This document shows, in pieces, positions 31,866 to 42,998 of a stretch of DNA of 64,000 nt (positions are counted from its first letter, which is position 1; each line of letters begins with the position of its first letter). The position numbers and the translations under genes were made by a program. A model generated the notes under the pieces. That model saw only the letters and a list, made by a program, of their open reading frames with translations. It was not told where the DNA came from and made no database searches. The stretch comes from an uncultured Gammaproteobacteria bacterium (lineage in GTDB: Bacteria > Patescibacteriota > Patescibacteriia > UBA1558 > GWA2-36-10), in assembly GCA_964638415.1 (NCBI GenBank), contig CAZWYP010000002.1, forward strand, positions 33,997 through 97,996. Direction: 5' to 3'.

Positions 31866-32153
31866 ATGGATCAATTCAAGGATTTAATCCAGCAGAAATT
31901 CGGCCAGCAGAAGGTTTACCAGCAGGCACAGGAAGGCTTGGTTTTAGCTGAGGCTAATAAATTACTGGCTAAGCTCTGGCCACAGTGGCAGACTGGCTTA
32001 CAGGCTGTTTATCTGAAGAATAAAATAGTGACTATTGCTGTTTTATATGATGAAGCCTTGCCGGATTTGCAGCAGAGAAAAAGCCAGTTGATCCAGGAAG
32101 TAAATGATAAATTTTCAGCCCCAGTGATTATTGATTGGCAGTTTTTAACTTAA
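31866..32153 (+). CDS. DciA / DUF721-like protein
   Basis: ~95 aa with AVYLKNKIVTIAV..L....LIQEVN pattern. Confidence 0.55.
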   Translation: MDQFKDLIQQKFGQQKVYQQAQEGLVLAEANKLLAKLWPQWQTGLQAVYLKNKIVTIAVLYDEALPDLQQRKSQLIQEVNDKFSAPVIIDWQFLT

Positions 32154-32201
32154 TAAACTCTGTTGATTTTTTACTCATTTTTTAGTATATTTAATACTGC
32201 A

Positions 32202-32594
32202 ATGCAGCTAAAAACTTACAATCTTTTTATGATAGCAGCCACGATTATTGCCTGGCTCAGCTTTTTTTTGGTAGTCAATAGCTTTGATCCCAATCAGGCT
32301 AGCTGGCTGGTAATGGCTTTCTTTTATTTCAGCTTTGGTTTAAGCGTCTTAGGAACCTTAAGCTTATTAGGCTATTGGCTGCGGAAGATTTTTTTGCGCA
32401 AAAAGGAATTATCTTACCATTTAGTCAGGGAGTCCTTCCGCCAGGCAATTATCTTCTCTCTGGTGCTGGTTATTGCCCTCCTGCTGCAGTCAGCTAGATT
32501 ATTAACCTGGTGGAATATTGTTTTAATCATTCTGGCAGCTACTATGCTGGAGTTTATCTTTTTAACTTTCCGACAGAATAAAAATGAATTTTAA
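32202..32594 (+). CDS. Hypothetical 4-TM membrane protein
   Basis: DP, SFRQA and LTWWN motifs; ATG at 32202. Confidence 0.7.
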   Translation: MQLKTYNLFMIAATIIAWLSFFLVVNSFDPNQASWLVMAFFYFSFGLSVLGTLSLLGYWLRKIFLRKKELSYHLVRESFRQAIIFSLVLVIALLLQSARLLTWWNIVLIILAATMLEFIFLTFRQNKNEF

Positions 32595-32600
32595 TATTTT

Positions 32601-33608
32601 ATGGAAAAGAAATTGCAAGAAATAAAGAACCGGATAGTCCGGGAAGTAAAAGCCGTGAAGAATTCGGAAAGCTTGGAAAAATTGCGCACTAAGTATTTGG
32701 GACGCAAAGGTGAATTTACAGACATCTTGAAGAGTTTGAAAGATTTAACAGAAGCAGAAAGACCGAAACTCGGTAAATTAGCTAATGACATTAAGAATGA
32801 GGTAGAGGAAGTGTTTAGCCAGACTAAAAGCATTTTTTTGCATCGGAAATCTCCAACTCTGCAGTTTGACCCAACCTTGCCCGGTAAACAGGAACCAGTT
32901 GGCCATTGGCATCCTTCTACGCAAGTACAGCGGGAAGTGGAAGAGATTTTCGCCCAATTAGGCTTCGGCGTCTATGACGGTCCGCAACTAGAATCTGATT
33001 ATTACAATTTTACTGCTTTGAATATTCCACCAGATCATCCGGCGCGGGATACGCAGGATACTTTCTGGCTTAATGACGGCAATTTATTGCGTACGCAGAC
33101 TTCCAATCTGCAAGTGCGGATGCTGGAAAAGTACGGTGCGCCTTTCCGGGGTATTTTTCCCGGCCGGGTTTTCCGCTATGAGGCGACTGATGCTTCCCAT
33201 GAGCATACTTTTTACCAATTAGAAGGCTTGATGGTAGATAAGAATATCACTATTAGCAATTTAATTGCTACCATGAAGGTATTATTATCCGGCGTCTTTA
33301 TGAGTGAAGTGGATGTGCGTCTGCGCCCCGGCTTTTTTCCTTTTGTGGAACCGGGCTTTGAATTGGATATTAAGTGCTTGGTTTGCAACGGTACTGGCTG
33401 TTCAGTCTGCAAGCAGTCTGGCTGGGTGGAATTGATGCCTTGCGGCATGGTGCATCCTAAAGTATTGGAGAATGGTGGGGTAGATCCTAAAATTTATTCC
33501 GGCTTTGCTTTTGGCTTAGGTTTAACCCGTTTGGTAATGATGAAGTATAAGATTAACGATATTAGATTATTAGCTTCCGGGGATTTAAGATTCTTAAGAC
33601 AGTTCTAG
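32601..33608 (+). CDS. pheS: Phenylalanyl-tRNA synthetase alpha subunit
   Basis: HPARDTQDTF, FYQLEG, FPFVEP, GFAFGLG. Confidence 0.97.
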   Translation: MEKKLQEIKNRIVREVKAVKNSESLEKLRTKYLGRKGEFTDILKSLKDLTEAERPKLGKLANDIKNEVEEVFSQTKSIFLHRKSPTLQFDPTLPGKQEPVGHWHPSTQVQREVEEIFAQLGFGVYDGPQLESDYYNFTALNIPPDHPARDTQDTFWLNDGNLLRTQTSNLQVRMLEKYGAPFRGIFPGRVFRYEATDASHEHTFYQLEGLMVDKNITISNLIATMKVLLSGVFMSEVDVRLRPGFFPFVEPGFELDIKCLVCNGTGCSVCKQSGWVELMPCGMVHPKVLENGGVDPKIYSGFAFGLGLTRLVMMKYKINDIRLLASGDLRFLRQF

Positions 33609-33623
33609 AATTTTGAAATTTTT

Positions 33624-34154
33624 ATGAAAAGGGAATTATTGGTATTGATAGATAAGAGAAATAGAAAAACTGGTGTTGGAGAGAAAATAAAAATTCATAA
33701 GGAAGGTAGTTTACATAGAGCTTTTTCCATTTTTATATTCAATAACAAAAAGGAAATTCTTTTACAACAAAGGGCAAAAAATAAATACCATTCTCCACTA
33801 CTGTGGTCCAATACTGTTTGTGGTCATCCAAGGCCAGGAGAAACCTTTCTTCAGGGAGCATATAGGAGACTACGAGAAGAAATGGGCATTAATTGTAGAT
33901 TAAAGAAACTTTTTTGCTTTATTTATAATGCTGGTTTTAAAAATGGTTTAATTGAAAATGAATATGATTGTGTGTTTATTGGTAAATTTAACGGCAAACC
34001 CAATCTAAATAAAGCGGAAGTAATGAAATATAAGTGGGTTCCTTTAGGATTTTTAAAAAAGGACATCATAAATAATAAATATAAATATTCAATTTGGCTT
34101 GAAAAAGCTCTAAGTAAGATTAAAGCGAGGGATATTAGTAGGATTATAAAATAA
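33624..34154 (+). CDS. idi: Isopentenyl-diphosphate delta-isomerase, type 1
   Basis: IHKEGSLHRAFS, LLQQRA..KY, WSNTVCGHP, LIENEYD. Confidence 0.88.
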   Translation: MKRELLVLIDKRNRKTGVGEKIKIHKEGSLHRAFSIFIFNNKKEILLQQRAKNKYHSPLLWSNTVCGHPRPGETFLQGAYRRLREEMGINCRLKKLFCFIYNAGFKNGLIENEYDCVFIGKFNGKPNLNKAEVMKYKWVPLGFLKKDIINNKYKYSIWLEKALSKIKARDISRIIK

Positions 34155-34156
34155 TT

Positions 34157-34705
34157 ATGCTAGGTTTATTATCACCAATTTTAATGGTAACTTATGGTCT
34201 CTTTTATGGTTTGACCATGAAAATTGCAGATTTGTTAGATGAGCACGGTTTAAAATTATTTAAAGGTAGTGCGATAATTTTTGGTTTTATTTGGGGTGTT
34301 TTTGGTAGTCTATTAGTTATTGGCAACAATGATTTAGCTAATATTATTTTGGCAATGAATTTAGCTTTTATTATTAGAAACAGATTAGACTATTTGAATC
34401 ATCAGATTGCTAGCTCTATTATTATATTAACTTTTTTATTAACCGCCACTTTTTTACCCATTAAATTTTTTATATTTTATATCACTTTTTTAATATTCGG
34501 GGGATTAAGAGACTGGATTGGCGATTCAATAAAAAATAAAAACAGATTACATTTAATTTATGATCAGGTCATGTGGTATTATCCGATACCAACATTTATT
34601 TATTCATACTTATATAATGATTGGGTTGTATTTTTTGTATTTTTATCTTATACAATTGGTTATGATGGCATAAAATATTATTTTAGAAGAAAAGGATATC
34701 TTTAG
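34157..34705 (+). CDS. Hypothetical multi-TM membrane protein
   Basis: AT-rich hydrophobic ORF; KIADLLDEHG and RLDYLNHQ motifs. Confidence 0.7.
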   Translation: MLGLLSPILMVTYGLFYGLTMKIADLLDEHGLKLFKGSAIIFGFIWGVFGSLLVIGNNDLANIILAMNLAFIIRNRLDYLNHQIASSIIILTFLLTATFLPIKFFIFYITFLIFGGLRDWIGDSIKNKNRLHLIYDQVMWYYPIPTFIYSYLYNDWVVFFVFLSYTIGYDGIKYYFRRKGYL

Positions 34706-34740
34706 TTTTTATTTAAATTTTATAATTTTTTAACTAATTT

Positions 34741-37173
34741 ATGTATTTATCTCTAGATTGGATTAAACAGTGGGTAAAATTACCCAAAGATTTGACGCCT
34801 AAGCAACTAGCTTTGGATTTTACCATGTCCACGGTAGAAGTGGAGGAGGTAATTGACCAGTCTGCTGCTTTAACAGGTATAGTAGTAGGTAAGATTAAGG
34901 AATTAACCAAGCATCCGCAGGCAGATAGGCTGCAGGTTTGCCAAGTTGATTTGGGAGATGCCGAAGAACAGATTGTCTGCGGTGGCAGCAATTTATCTAA
35001 AGGCATGCTGGTAGCGGTAGCTAAAGTCGGTGCTAAGGTTAAATGGCATGGCCAGGGAGAATTGGTAGTCTTGGAAGAAGCTAAGATTCGTGGCGTAGTC
35101 AGTCGGGGCATGATTTGCGCTTCCGAGGAAATTGGCTTAGCTAGCCTTTTTCCGGCTAAGTCAGAAAAAGAAATTTTAGACCTCTCTGATTTCAAATTAA
35201 AAACTGGACAGCCGCTAGCTGAAGCTTTGCATTTAAACGATATTATTATTGACATAGATAATAAGTCCATTAACCATCGTCCAGATCTTTGGGGGCAATA
35301 TGGCTTGGCTAGGGAATTAGCCGCTATTTACAGCACTAAGTTCAAAAGTTATGAATTAGCAGAGATTAAGCCAAAGAAAGAGGAAGTTAAATTAAAAGTT
35401 AATGTAAAAGATAAAGCCAAGTGCTTCCGTTATCTGGGAGTGGCAGTTAAGAATGTAAAGGTGTCATCTTCTCCTTGGTGGCTGAAGACTAAACTACAGG
35501 CCGTTGGTATCCGCTCTATTAACAATATTGTTGATGTGACTAACTATGTCATGTATGAATTAGGGCAGCCTTTGCATGCTTTTGATTTAAGGCAATTGGA
35601 AGGAGAGCAGATTGAAGTTAAAACCGCCCAAGCTAATGAGGAGTTTATTACTCTAGACGGCATTAAGCGTGAATTGCCAGCTGAGGCTTTAATGATTGCC
35701 GACAAAAAGAAATATATTGCCATTGCCGGTATTATGGGCGGTCAAAATAGTGAGATTGGCTTAGATACAACTGACATTGTTATTGAATCGGCTAATTTCC
35801 AGGCTAGTAATATCCGACGTACATCTACTGCTTTAGGCTTGCGTTCCGAAGCTTCTAGTCGCTTTGAGAAATCTTTAGATCCGCGTTTAGCAGAGTTGGC
35901 GATTAAGCGGGCGGTGGAGCTAATCTTGGAGTTATGCCCGGAAGCCTATGTGGCAAGCTCCTTGGTTGATGTAGATAATAACCCCTTTAACCCTATTACC
36001 TTAACTGTTCCAGAAAGCTTAATTAATGACCGTTTTGGTGCAATTATTCCTCACCAGCAGATTAAGAGTATTTTAGAGCGTTTGCAGTTTGGTGTTAAGT
36101 ACAAAAGCAAGATTTTTACTATTAATGTTCCCAGCTGGCGAGCTACTAAGGATATTTCCATTCCGGAAGATATTGTGGAGGAAGTAGCTAGAATCTACGG
36201 CTATGACAATATTAAACCTACTTTGCCCAGCGTTGCTTTACAGGCGCCAGTTATGGATATTTCCTACCAGGCAGCTAAAGAAATAGTTAATTGGCTGTGC
36301 TTAGCTCAGCACTATGATGAAGTATATACTTATCCCTTTACTGACAAGGCTTGGGTTAAGAAATTAAATCTAGATTTGAAGAATCATCTTAAGGTGAAGA
36401 ATGCTGTTAGTCCGGAGCAGGAATTTTTGAATGTTTCCTTATTGCCTAATCTTTTACAGAAAGCAGAGGATAATACCAGGTTCTTTTCTGATTTTAAAAT
36501 CTTTGAATTGCAGAGAGTATTTGATAAATCCAATACCAGCATTTACCATACAGATAACCAGAAAGCTAATTGGCTGCCGATGCAGGATAAGTTTTTATCT
36601 GGCGTAGAGGTGAGTAAGCAGCCAGTTGCTAATGCTTGGCTGCAGGTTAAGGGATTAATTAATAGCTTATCTTTGCACTGGAGTATTGATTGGCATTTGG
36701 AGAAAATTAAACTGCCGTTTGCCGCTCAAGCCTATGAGCTTAAGTACCAGGATATGGTATTAGGCAAGTTCGGATTATTGACCAAAGAATTATTTGACAG
36801 CAATAACCAGGATTTAAGCATTGCCTGGTGGGAAATTAATTTTACCTTAGCCAGCAAGTATATTAGCAACAACAAAACTTATGAAGCTTTATCTAAGTAT
36901 CCAAGCGTTAACCGTGATTTAGCAGTAGTCTTGGATCAGAAATATTTATGGGAAGATATTGCTAAAGAAGTTAAAAACGTTTCTTCCTTAATTGTCCGTT
37001 TGGAGCCGTTTGATGTTTTTGCCGGGGCTGGTATTCCGGCTGGGCAAAAGTCATTAGCTTGGCATTTAGAATTTCGTAGTCCAGAGCGCACATTATTAGC
37101 TGATGAAGTTGATGAAATAATGAAAGAAATCGTATCAGTTTTAGAGAAAAAGTTTCAGGCGCGCAGCCGTTAA
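34741..37173 (+). CDS. pheT: Phenylalanyl-tRNA synthetase beta subunit
   Basis: KHPQADRL, RGVVSRGMICA, NNIVDVTNYVM, EEVARIYGY, C-terminal FDX-ACB domain. Confidence 0.97.
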   Translation: MYLSLDWIKQWVKLPKDLTPKQLALDFTMSTVEVEEVIDQSAALTGIVVGKIKELTKHPQADRLQVCQVDLGDAEEQIVCGGSNLSKGMLVAVAKVGAKVKWHGQGELVVLEEAKIRGVVSRGMICASEEIGLASLFPAKSEKEILDLSDFKLKTGQPLAEALHLNDIIIDIDNKSINHRPDLWGQYGLARELAAIYSTKFKSYELAEIKPKKEEVKLKVNVKDKAKCFRYLGVAVKNVKVSSSPWWLKTKLQAVGIRSINNIVDVTNYVMYELGQPLHAFDLRQLEGEQIEVKTAQANEEFITLDGIKRELPAEALMIADKKKYIAIAGIMGGQNSEIGLDTTDIVIESANFQASNIRRTSTALGLRSEASSRFEKSLDPRLAELAIKRAVELILELCPEAYVASSLVDVDNNPFNPITLTVPESLINDRFGAIIPHQQIKSILERLQFGVKYKSKIFTINVPSWRATKDISIPEDIVEEVARIYGYDNIKPTLPSVALQAPVMDISYQAAKEIVNWLCLAQHYDEVYTYPFTDKAWVKKLNLDLKNHLKVKNAVSPEQEFLNVSLLPNLLQKAEDNTRFFSDFKIFELQRVFDKSNTSIYHTDNQKANWLPMQDKFLSGVEVSKQPVANAWLQVKGLINSLSLHWSIDWHLEKIKLPFAAQAYELKYQDMVLGKFGLLTKELFDSNNQDLSIAWWEINFTLASKYISNNKTYEALSKYPSVNRDLAVVLDQKYLWEDIAKEVKNVSSLIVRLEPFDVFAGAGIPAGQKSLAWHLEFRSPERTLLADEVDEIMKEIVSVLEKKFQARSR

Positions 37174-37238
37174 AATCTTAGTTAAAATTTAATCTAATAT
37201 TAGCCAAAAATCAGCCTATATTTTATTAATACTCCAGG

Positions 37239-37267
37239 TTGATTTTTTGTTATTTTTATGCTAATAT
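37239..37267 (+). promoter_or_regulatory. Promoter of gyrB
   Basis: TTGATT-17 nt-TAATAT with extended -10 TG. Confidence 0.6.
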
Positions 37268-37288
37268 TAGTTCATAATAATCGGTTAA

Positions 37289-39337
<2,049 letters not shown>

Positions 39338-39343
39338 ACTGCA

Positions 39344-39904
39344 ATGTTTTTTAAAACATTCTCTCCACAGGAGACTTTGCCACCTAAAGTGATTACTCCC
39401 CGCCAAGTGCATGGCGATAACATAGTGGAAATTATTACCGGCGAAGAAGATTTAGCCGATACTGACGGCTTATTTACCAAAGATGATAAGTTTTTATTGG
39501 GAATAAAGACTGCAGATTGCGCACCTATAATTTTTATTGGCCAGCATAAATTCGGTATTATCCATGTCGGCTGGCGAGGCTTATGCGGACAAATTTGCGA
39601 GAAGATGCAGGAGTTATTTGCTGGAGAGAATCCGCAAATATACTGCGGACCATTTTTAGCTGAATTTGAGATTAAAAAAGATTTTTGTTATGAGCAGATT
39701 GAGCAGAAATTCGGTGAGCAGTTTTTTACTTTTGACAATGGTCGTATAATTTTCCGCTTCAAAGACGCTATTGCTGCCTTACTGCCTAAAATAGTCTTTG
39801 ATTCTAGAAATACTTTTGTTGATCCAAAATTAGCCAGTTGGCGCCGGGATCATATAGAGCACCGTTCCAATGTTACAGTGGTAGGTTTATTAACTAAGGA
39901 TTAA
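39344..39904 (+). CDS. YfiH/PgeF family protein (short form)
   Basis: QVHG, TADC, HVGWRG, SWRR. Confidence 0.85.
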   Translation: MFFKTFSPQETLPPKVITPRQVHGDNIVEIITGEEDLADTDGLFTKDDKFLLGIKTADCAPIIFIGQHKFGIIHVGWRGLCGQICEKMQELFAGENPQIYCGPFLAEFEIKKDFCYEQIEQKFGEQFFTFDNGRIIFRFKDAIAALLPKIVFDSRNTFVDPKLASWRRDHIEHRSNVTVVGLLTKD

Positions 39905-39905
39905 A

Positions 39906-41627
39906 ATGACAGAATTATCTTTCACTACTTTGCAAATAATGGCTTTATCCAAAGTCATTTTATTGTTAATGGTGGCAGTGGCAACAGTTTTTCTGTTTAA
40001 GTATAAAAAACCAACAGCTTTTGTCTGGCTGACCGCTGCTGGATTTATTACCTTTTATCTGGCTTTATCCTGGCCATTACAGCGCATGTGGTGGGGTAAT
40101 GTCGGTGATGAATACTTCGTGCTGGCTTATTTAGCTAAGGCTATGTTTGGCAATTTTGGGCATGATTTCTATTATGACTGGCTGCCTAATTTTTATCCCC
40201 CCTTGTATTTTTGGATTACAGCTTTAGTAGCTAAACTATTTACTGATAATACCGTGGTGGCTGCTAAAATCGGGGTAGCGGGCACTTTAGGCTTATGGTT
40301 TATTGGCAGCTATTATTGGTTGAAGTTCTTTTGGCTGAAAATTTATTCCGGGAAATTAAAGAATGAAATAATTGCTTCTGGCTGGTTTTGGTGGCTATTG
40401 CCTTTGTCTTACTTGCTGCTGTTGGATTTTGATACTGTTATCTTCAAGCCCTATGAGGCGATTAGCGCTTTAGGTGTAGTTATTTTAGTCGGTATTGTTT
40501 CCCGCAGCTTTTACGCAAAGAAATTAGAAGCTAAGTGGTATGTGTTTGTAGGGTTAACCGGCGGTGTTTTATTCTTGATTTTCCATTTTTGGTGGCTGAT
40601 AGTTGTTCCAGTATTATTAGTCTTAGCTTGTCTAACGCCGCTGTGGAAAGCTAATCTGCGCCGGCTGTTTCTCTTCGGTCTGGTTGTTTTTATTATCGGT
40701 AGCGTTTATCTATTACCTCTCTTCTGGTCTTATCTGCAGTATGGTTCAGAGAATTGGCAGGCTACTTTCATGATGCCTTTGGATTTTTATACTTTTGCAC
40801 CTTGGGGACAGTGGTCGCTTAAGGCCTTTCTATATCTACTGGGTATTATTGGTTTGATTGTTTTCCGGAAAAAAAGCTTTGTCAAAGCTAATTTATTTAT
40901 TTTAATTGGTTGTTATCTCTACCAGCTAATTAATTATTTGCTATTCTTATTCGGCGCTTCACCAATTGCCGTTTCCAAGCCTTTTTATTTCTTAGGTTCA
41001 GCGGCTATAGCTGTTGGTTTAAGTTATTTGCTAATTCATCTTTATTTGGTTTTTGTAAAAAAGCAGCAGAGGCAATTAAGGTACAGCTTGTTAATTATCT
41101 TGATGCTGGTTTTACTAGTACGCTTTCCCCATGTTTATTTCATGGACGATCCGGTAGTGTTGCGCCAGCTGGAAATAGATTTAGTAAAACCTACGGCTAG
41201 TATAGCTTTGGCTGAAAAAATTAAGACAGCAGTACCAGATTACCAGCAGCGCACTTGGTTGTCTTCCGGCAGCATGGATATTAATGCTTATCTGCCTTTG
41301 TCATATTATCTGGCGCAAAATGTCCATTTCAGCCACCATGCTTCTGTGTTCAGCCAGCGTTTTGCTGAAGTGCAGAAGTTAACGCAAGCTTTAGACTCTG
41401 CTGAGTTTATGGAGATAATCGCCAAGGGCCAGCCCAAGTCAGTTGATGGTTTGTTGTTATATAGTGCTCAGCCCGATGATGATTTTTATACTTTGTATTT
41501 CTGGATGGATAATTTCCCTAATGGTGGTAAAGACCAAGAGCTTTATCTGCCTAAAAAACTTATTTCTGATAATGATTGGCAGCTAGTTGGGCAAACAGGG
41601 CAGTGGGATATTTTTATTAAGCGATGA
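39906..41627 (+). CDS. AftA-like GT-C glycosyltransferase (arabinofuranosyltransferase family)
   Basis: About 11-13 TM helices; GDE..., DFYYDWLPNFYPPLYFW, KPYE; C-terminal HFSHHASVFSQR. Confidence 0.7.
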   Translation: MTELSFTTLQIMALSKVILLLMVAVATVFLFKYKKPTAFVWLTAAGFITFYLALSWPLQRMWWGNVGDEYFVLAYLAKAMFGNFGHDFYYDWLPNFYPPLYFWITALVAKLFTDNTVVAAKIGVAGTLGLWFIGSYYWLKFFWLKIYSGKLKNEIIASGWFWWLLPLSYLLLLDFDTVIFKPYEAISALGVVILVGIVSRSFYAKKLEAKWYVFVGLTGGVLFLIFHFWWLIVVPVLLVLACLTPLWKANLRRLFLFGLVVFIIGSVYLLPLFWSYLQYGSENWQATFMMPLDFYTFAPWGQWSLKAFLYLLGIIGLIVFRKKSFVKANLFILIGCYLYQLINYLLFLFGASPIAVSKPFYFLGSAAIAVGLSYLLIHLYLVFVKKQQRQLRYSLLIILMLVLLVRFPHVYFMDDPVVLRQLEIDLVKPTASIALAEKIKTAVPDYQQRTWLSSGSMDINAYLPLSYYLAQNVHFSHHASVFSQRFAEVQKLTQALDSAEFMEIIAKGQPKSVDGLLLYSAQPDDDFYTLYFWMDNFPNGGKDQELYLPKKLISDNDWQLVGQTGQWDIFIKR

Positions 41628-41631
41628 TTTG

Positions 41632-41672
41632 AAATAAGCTAAAATAAGCTAAAATTTAAGGAAAATAAGCTA
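41632..41672 (+). repeat. Three direct repeats of AAATAAGCTA
   Basis: Exact copies start at 41632, 41642 and 41663. Confidence 0.8.
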
Positions 41673-41686
41673 ATTTACCGCCACTC

Positions 41687-41715
41687 TTGCCAAATAATTT
41701 TTTTTATGCTATAGT
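41687..41715 (+). promoter_or_regulatory. Promoter of secE-nusG-rplK-rplA
   Basis: TTGCCA-17 nt-TATAGT with extended -10 TG. Confidence 0.75.
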
Positions 41716-41772
41716 TTCCGTTGTTAATAACAGCCAAAGAGAGCTGTTTTAAAATACCTAGATAACAACCCT

Positions 41773-41952
41773 ATGAATGCTTTAATAACCTACTTAAAAA
41801 ATTCGCGGGAAGAATTGGCTAAAGTAACTTGGCCATCTCGCCAGACTACCATTAACCATACTTTTATGGTGATTGGCGTGTCTTTGGCAGTCGCTATTTT
41901 TTTAGGAGCCATTGATTACATTTTATCTTTAGTATTGGAAATTATCCTTTAA
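41773..41952 (+). CDS. secE: Preprotein translocase subunit SecE (absent from the ORF track)
   Basis: Own translation MNALITYLKNSREELAKVTWPSRQTTINHTFMVIGVSLAVAIFLGAIDYILSLVLEIIL; ELAKVTWP motif; directly before nusG. Confidence 0.95.
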   Translation: MNALITYLKNSREELAKVTWPSRQTTINHTFMVIGVSLAVAIFLGAIDYILSLVLEIIL

Positions 41953-41955
41953 ACC

Positions 41956-42501
41956 ATGCCTAAGCAAGTATCACAACAAGGTCGTCGCTGGTATGTCTTA
42001 CATACCTACTCAGGTTATGAGGAAAATGTTTCCCGTAATCTGCGTCAGAGAATAGAATCCATGGACATGGAGGATAAGATTTTTGATGTCTTAATTCCTA
42101 CTGAAACTAAGATTAAGATCAAGGGCGGCAAGCGCAAAATGATCAAGGAAAAGATTTTTCCTGGCTATGTTTTAGTCAATATGATCGTCACTGACGCTTC
42201 CTGGTATGTGGTGCGTAATACCCCGAATGTTACCGGCTTTGTCGGTTCAGGTACTACACCAACTCCAGTTTCTGAAGATGAAATTAAATCCCTATTGAAG
42301 CGCATGGGAGAGGAAGAACCGGAATTCAAGATCGATATGCAAGTGGGTGAATTGGTTAAAATTACCGATGGTCCTTTCAAGGATTATGAAGGTAAGATTT
42401 CAGAAGTGGATGAATCCCGCGGCAAAGCCAAGGTTCTGGTTTCCATGTTTGGCCGGGAGACGCCAGTAGAATTAGACTTTTTACAGATTAAGAAAATATA
42501 A
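41956..42501 (+). CDS. nusG: Transcription factor NusG
   Basis: WYVLHTYSGYE, FPGYVLV, KOW domain GPF, MFGRETPVEL. Confidence 0.97.
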   Translation: MPKQVSQQGRRWYVLHTYSGYEENVSRNLRQRIESMDMEDKIFDVLIPTETKIKIKGGKRKMIKEKIFPGYVLVNMIVTDASWYVVRNTPNVTGFVGSGTTPTPVSEDEIKSLLKRMGEEEPEFKIDMQVGELVKITDGPFKDYEGKISEVDESRGKAKVLVSMFGRETPVELDFLQIKKI

Positions 42502-42509
42502 ATAAGACT

Positions 42510-42938
42510 ATGGCAAAAGAAATTAAACAGATTGTAAAGTTGCAAATTCCTGCCGGTAAAGCTAACCCAGCGCCTCCGGTTGGTACGGCCTTAGGACCGC
42601 ATGGAGTTAATATCCAGGAATTCTGCACTAAGTTCAATGAAGCTTCCAAAGATAGAATGGGAGAGATTGTACCGGTGGAAATGACTATTTTTACCGATCG
42701 TACTTTTACTTTTATTCTCAAAACTGCTCCGGCTTCAGATATGATTAAGAATAAATTAAAATTGCCTAAGGGTTCCAGCAAGCCTTTAATGGAGAAAGTG
42801 GGAATTTTAACCGACAAGCAGTTAGCAGAAATTGCCCAAGCCAAGATGCCGGATTTAAATACCACTGATCTGGAAGCCGCTAAGAAGATTATTGCCGGCA
42901 CTGCCAGACAAATGGGTGTCAGAATTGCAGATAAATAA
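42510..42938 (+). CDS. rplK: 50S ribosomal protein L11
   Basis: AGKANPAPPVGTALG, AGTARQMG. Confidence 0.97.
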   Translation: MAKEIKQIVKLQIPAGKANPAPPVGTALGPHGVNIQEFCTKFNEASKDRMGEIVPVEMTIFTDRTFTFILKTAPASDMIKNKLKLPKGSSKPLMEKVGILTDKQLAEIAQAKMPDLNTTDLEAAKKIIAGTARQMGVRIADK

Positions 42939-42951
42939 ACTATTTAATTAA

Positions 42952-42986
42952 TGAGGGAGTTTGTTAAACAGACGTTAATACCTCGT
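42952..42986 (+). promoter_or_regulatory. Ribosomal protein L1-binding (autogenous control) RNA element
   Basis: GAGG-GA-[GTTTGT..ACAGAC]-GTTAATA-CCTC resembles the GGGAG-stem-CGTTATTACC architecture recalled for the E. coli L11-operon leader. Confidence 0.7.
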
Positions 42987-42998
42987 AACAGAAAATAT

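Noticed and set aside
41627-41772. tRNA-Trp or rpmG expected upstream of secE
   Set aside because: No cloverleaf, T-loop or L33 ORF is visible; the gap holds only repeats and a promoter
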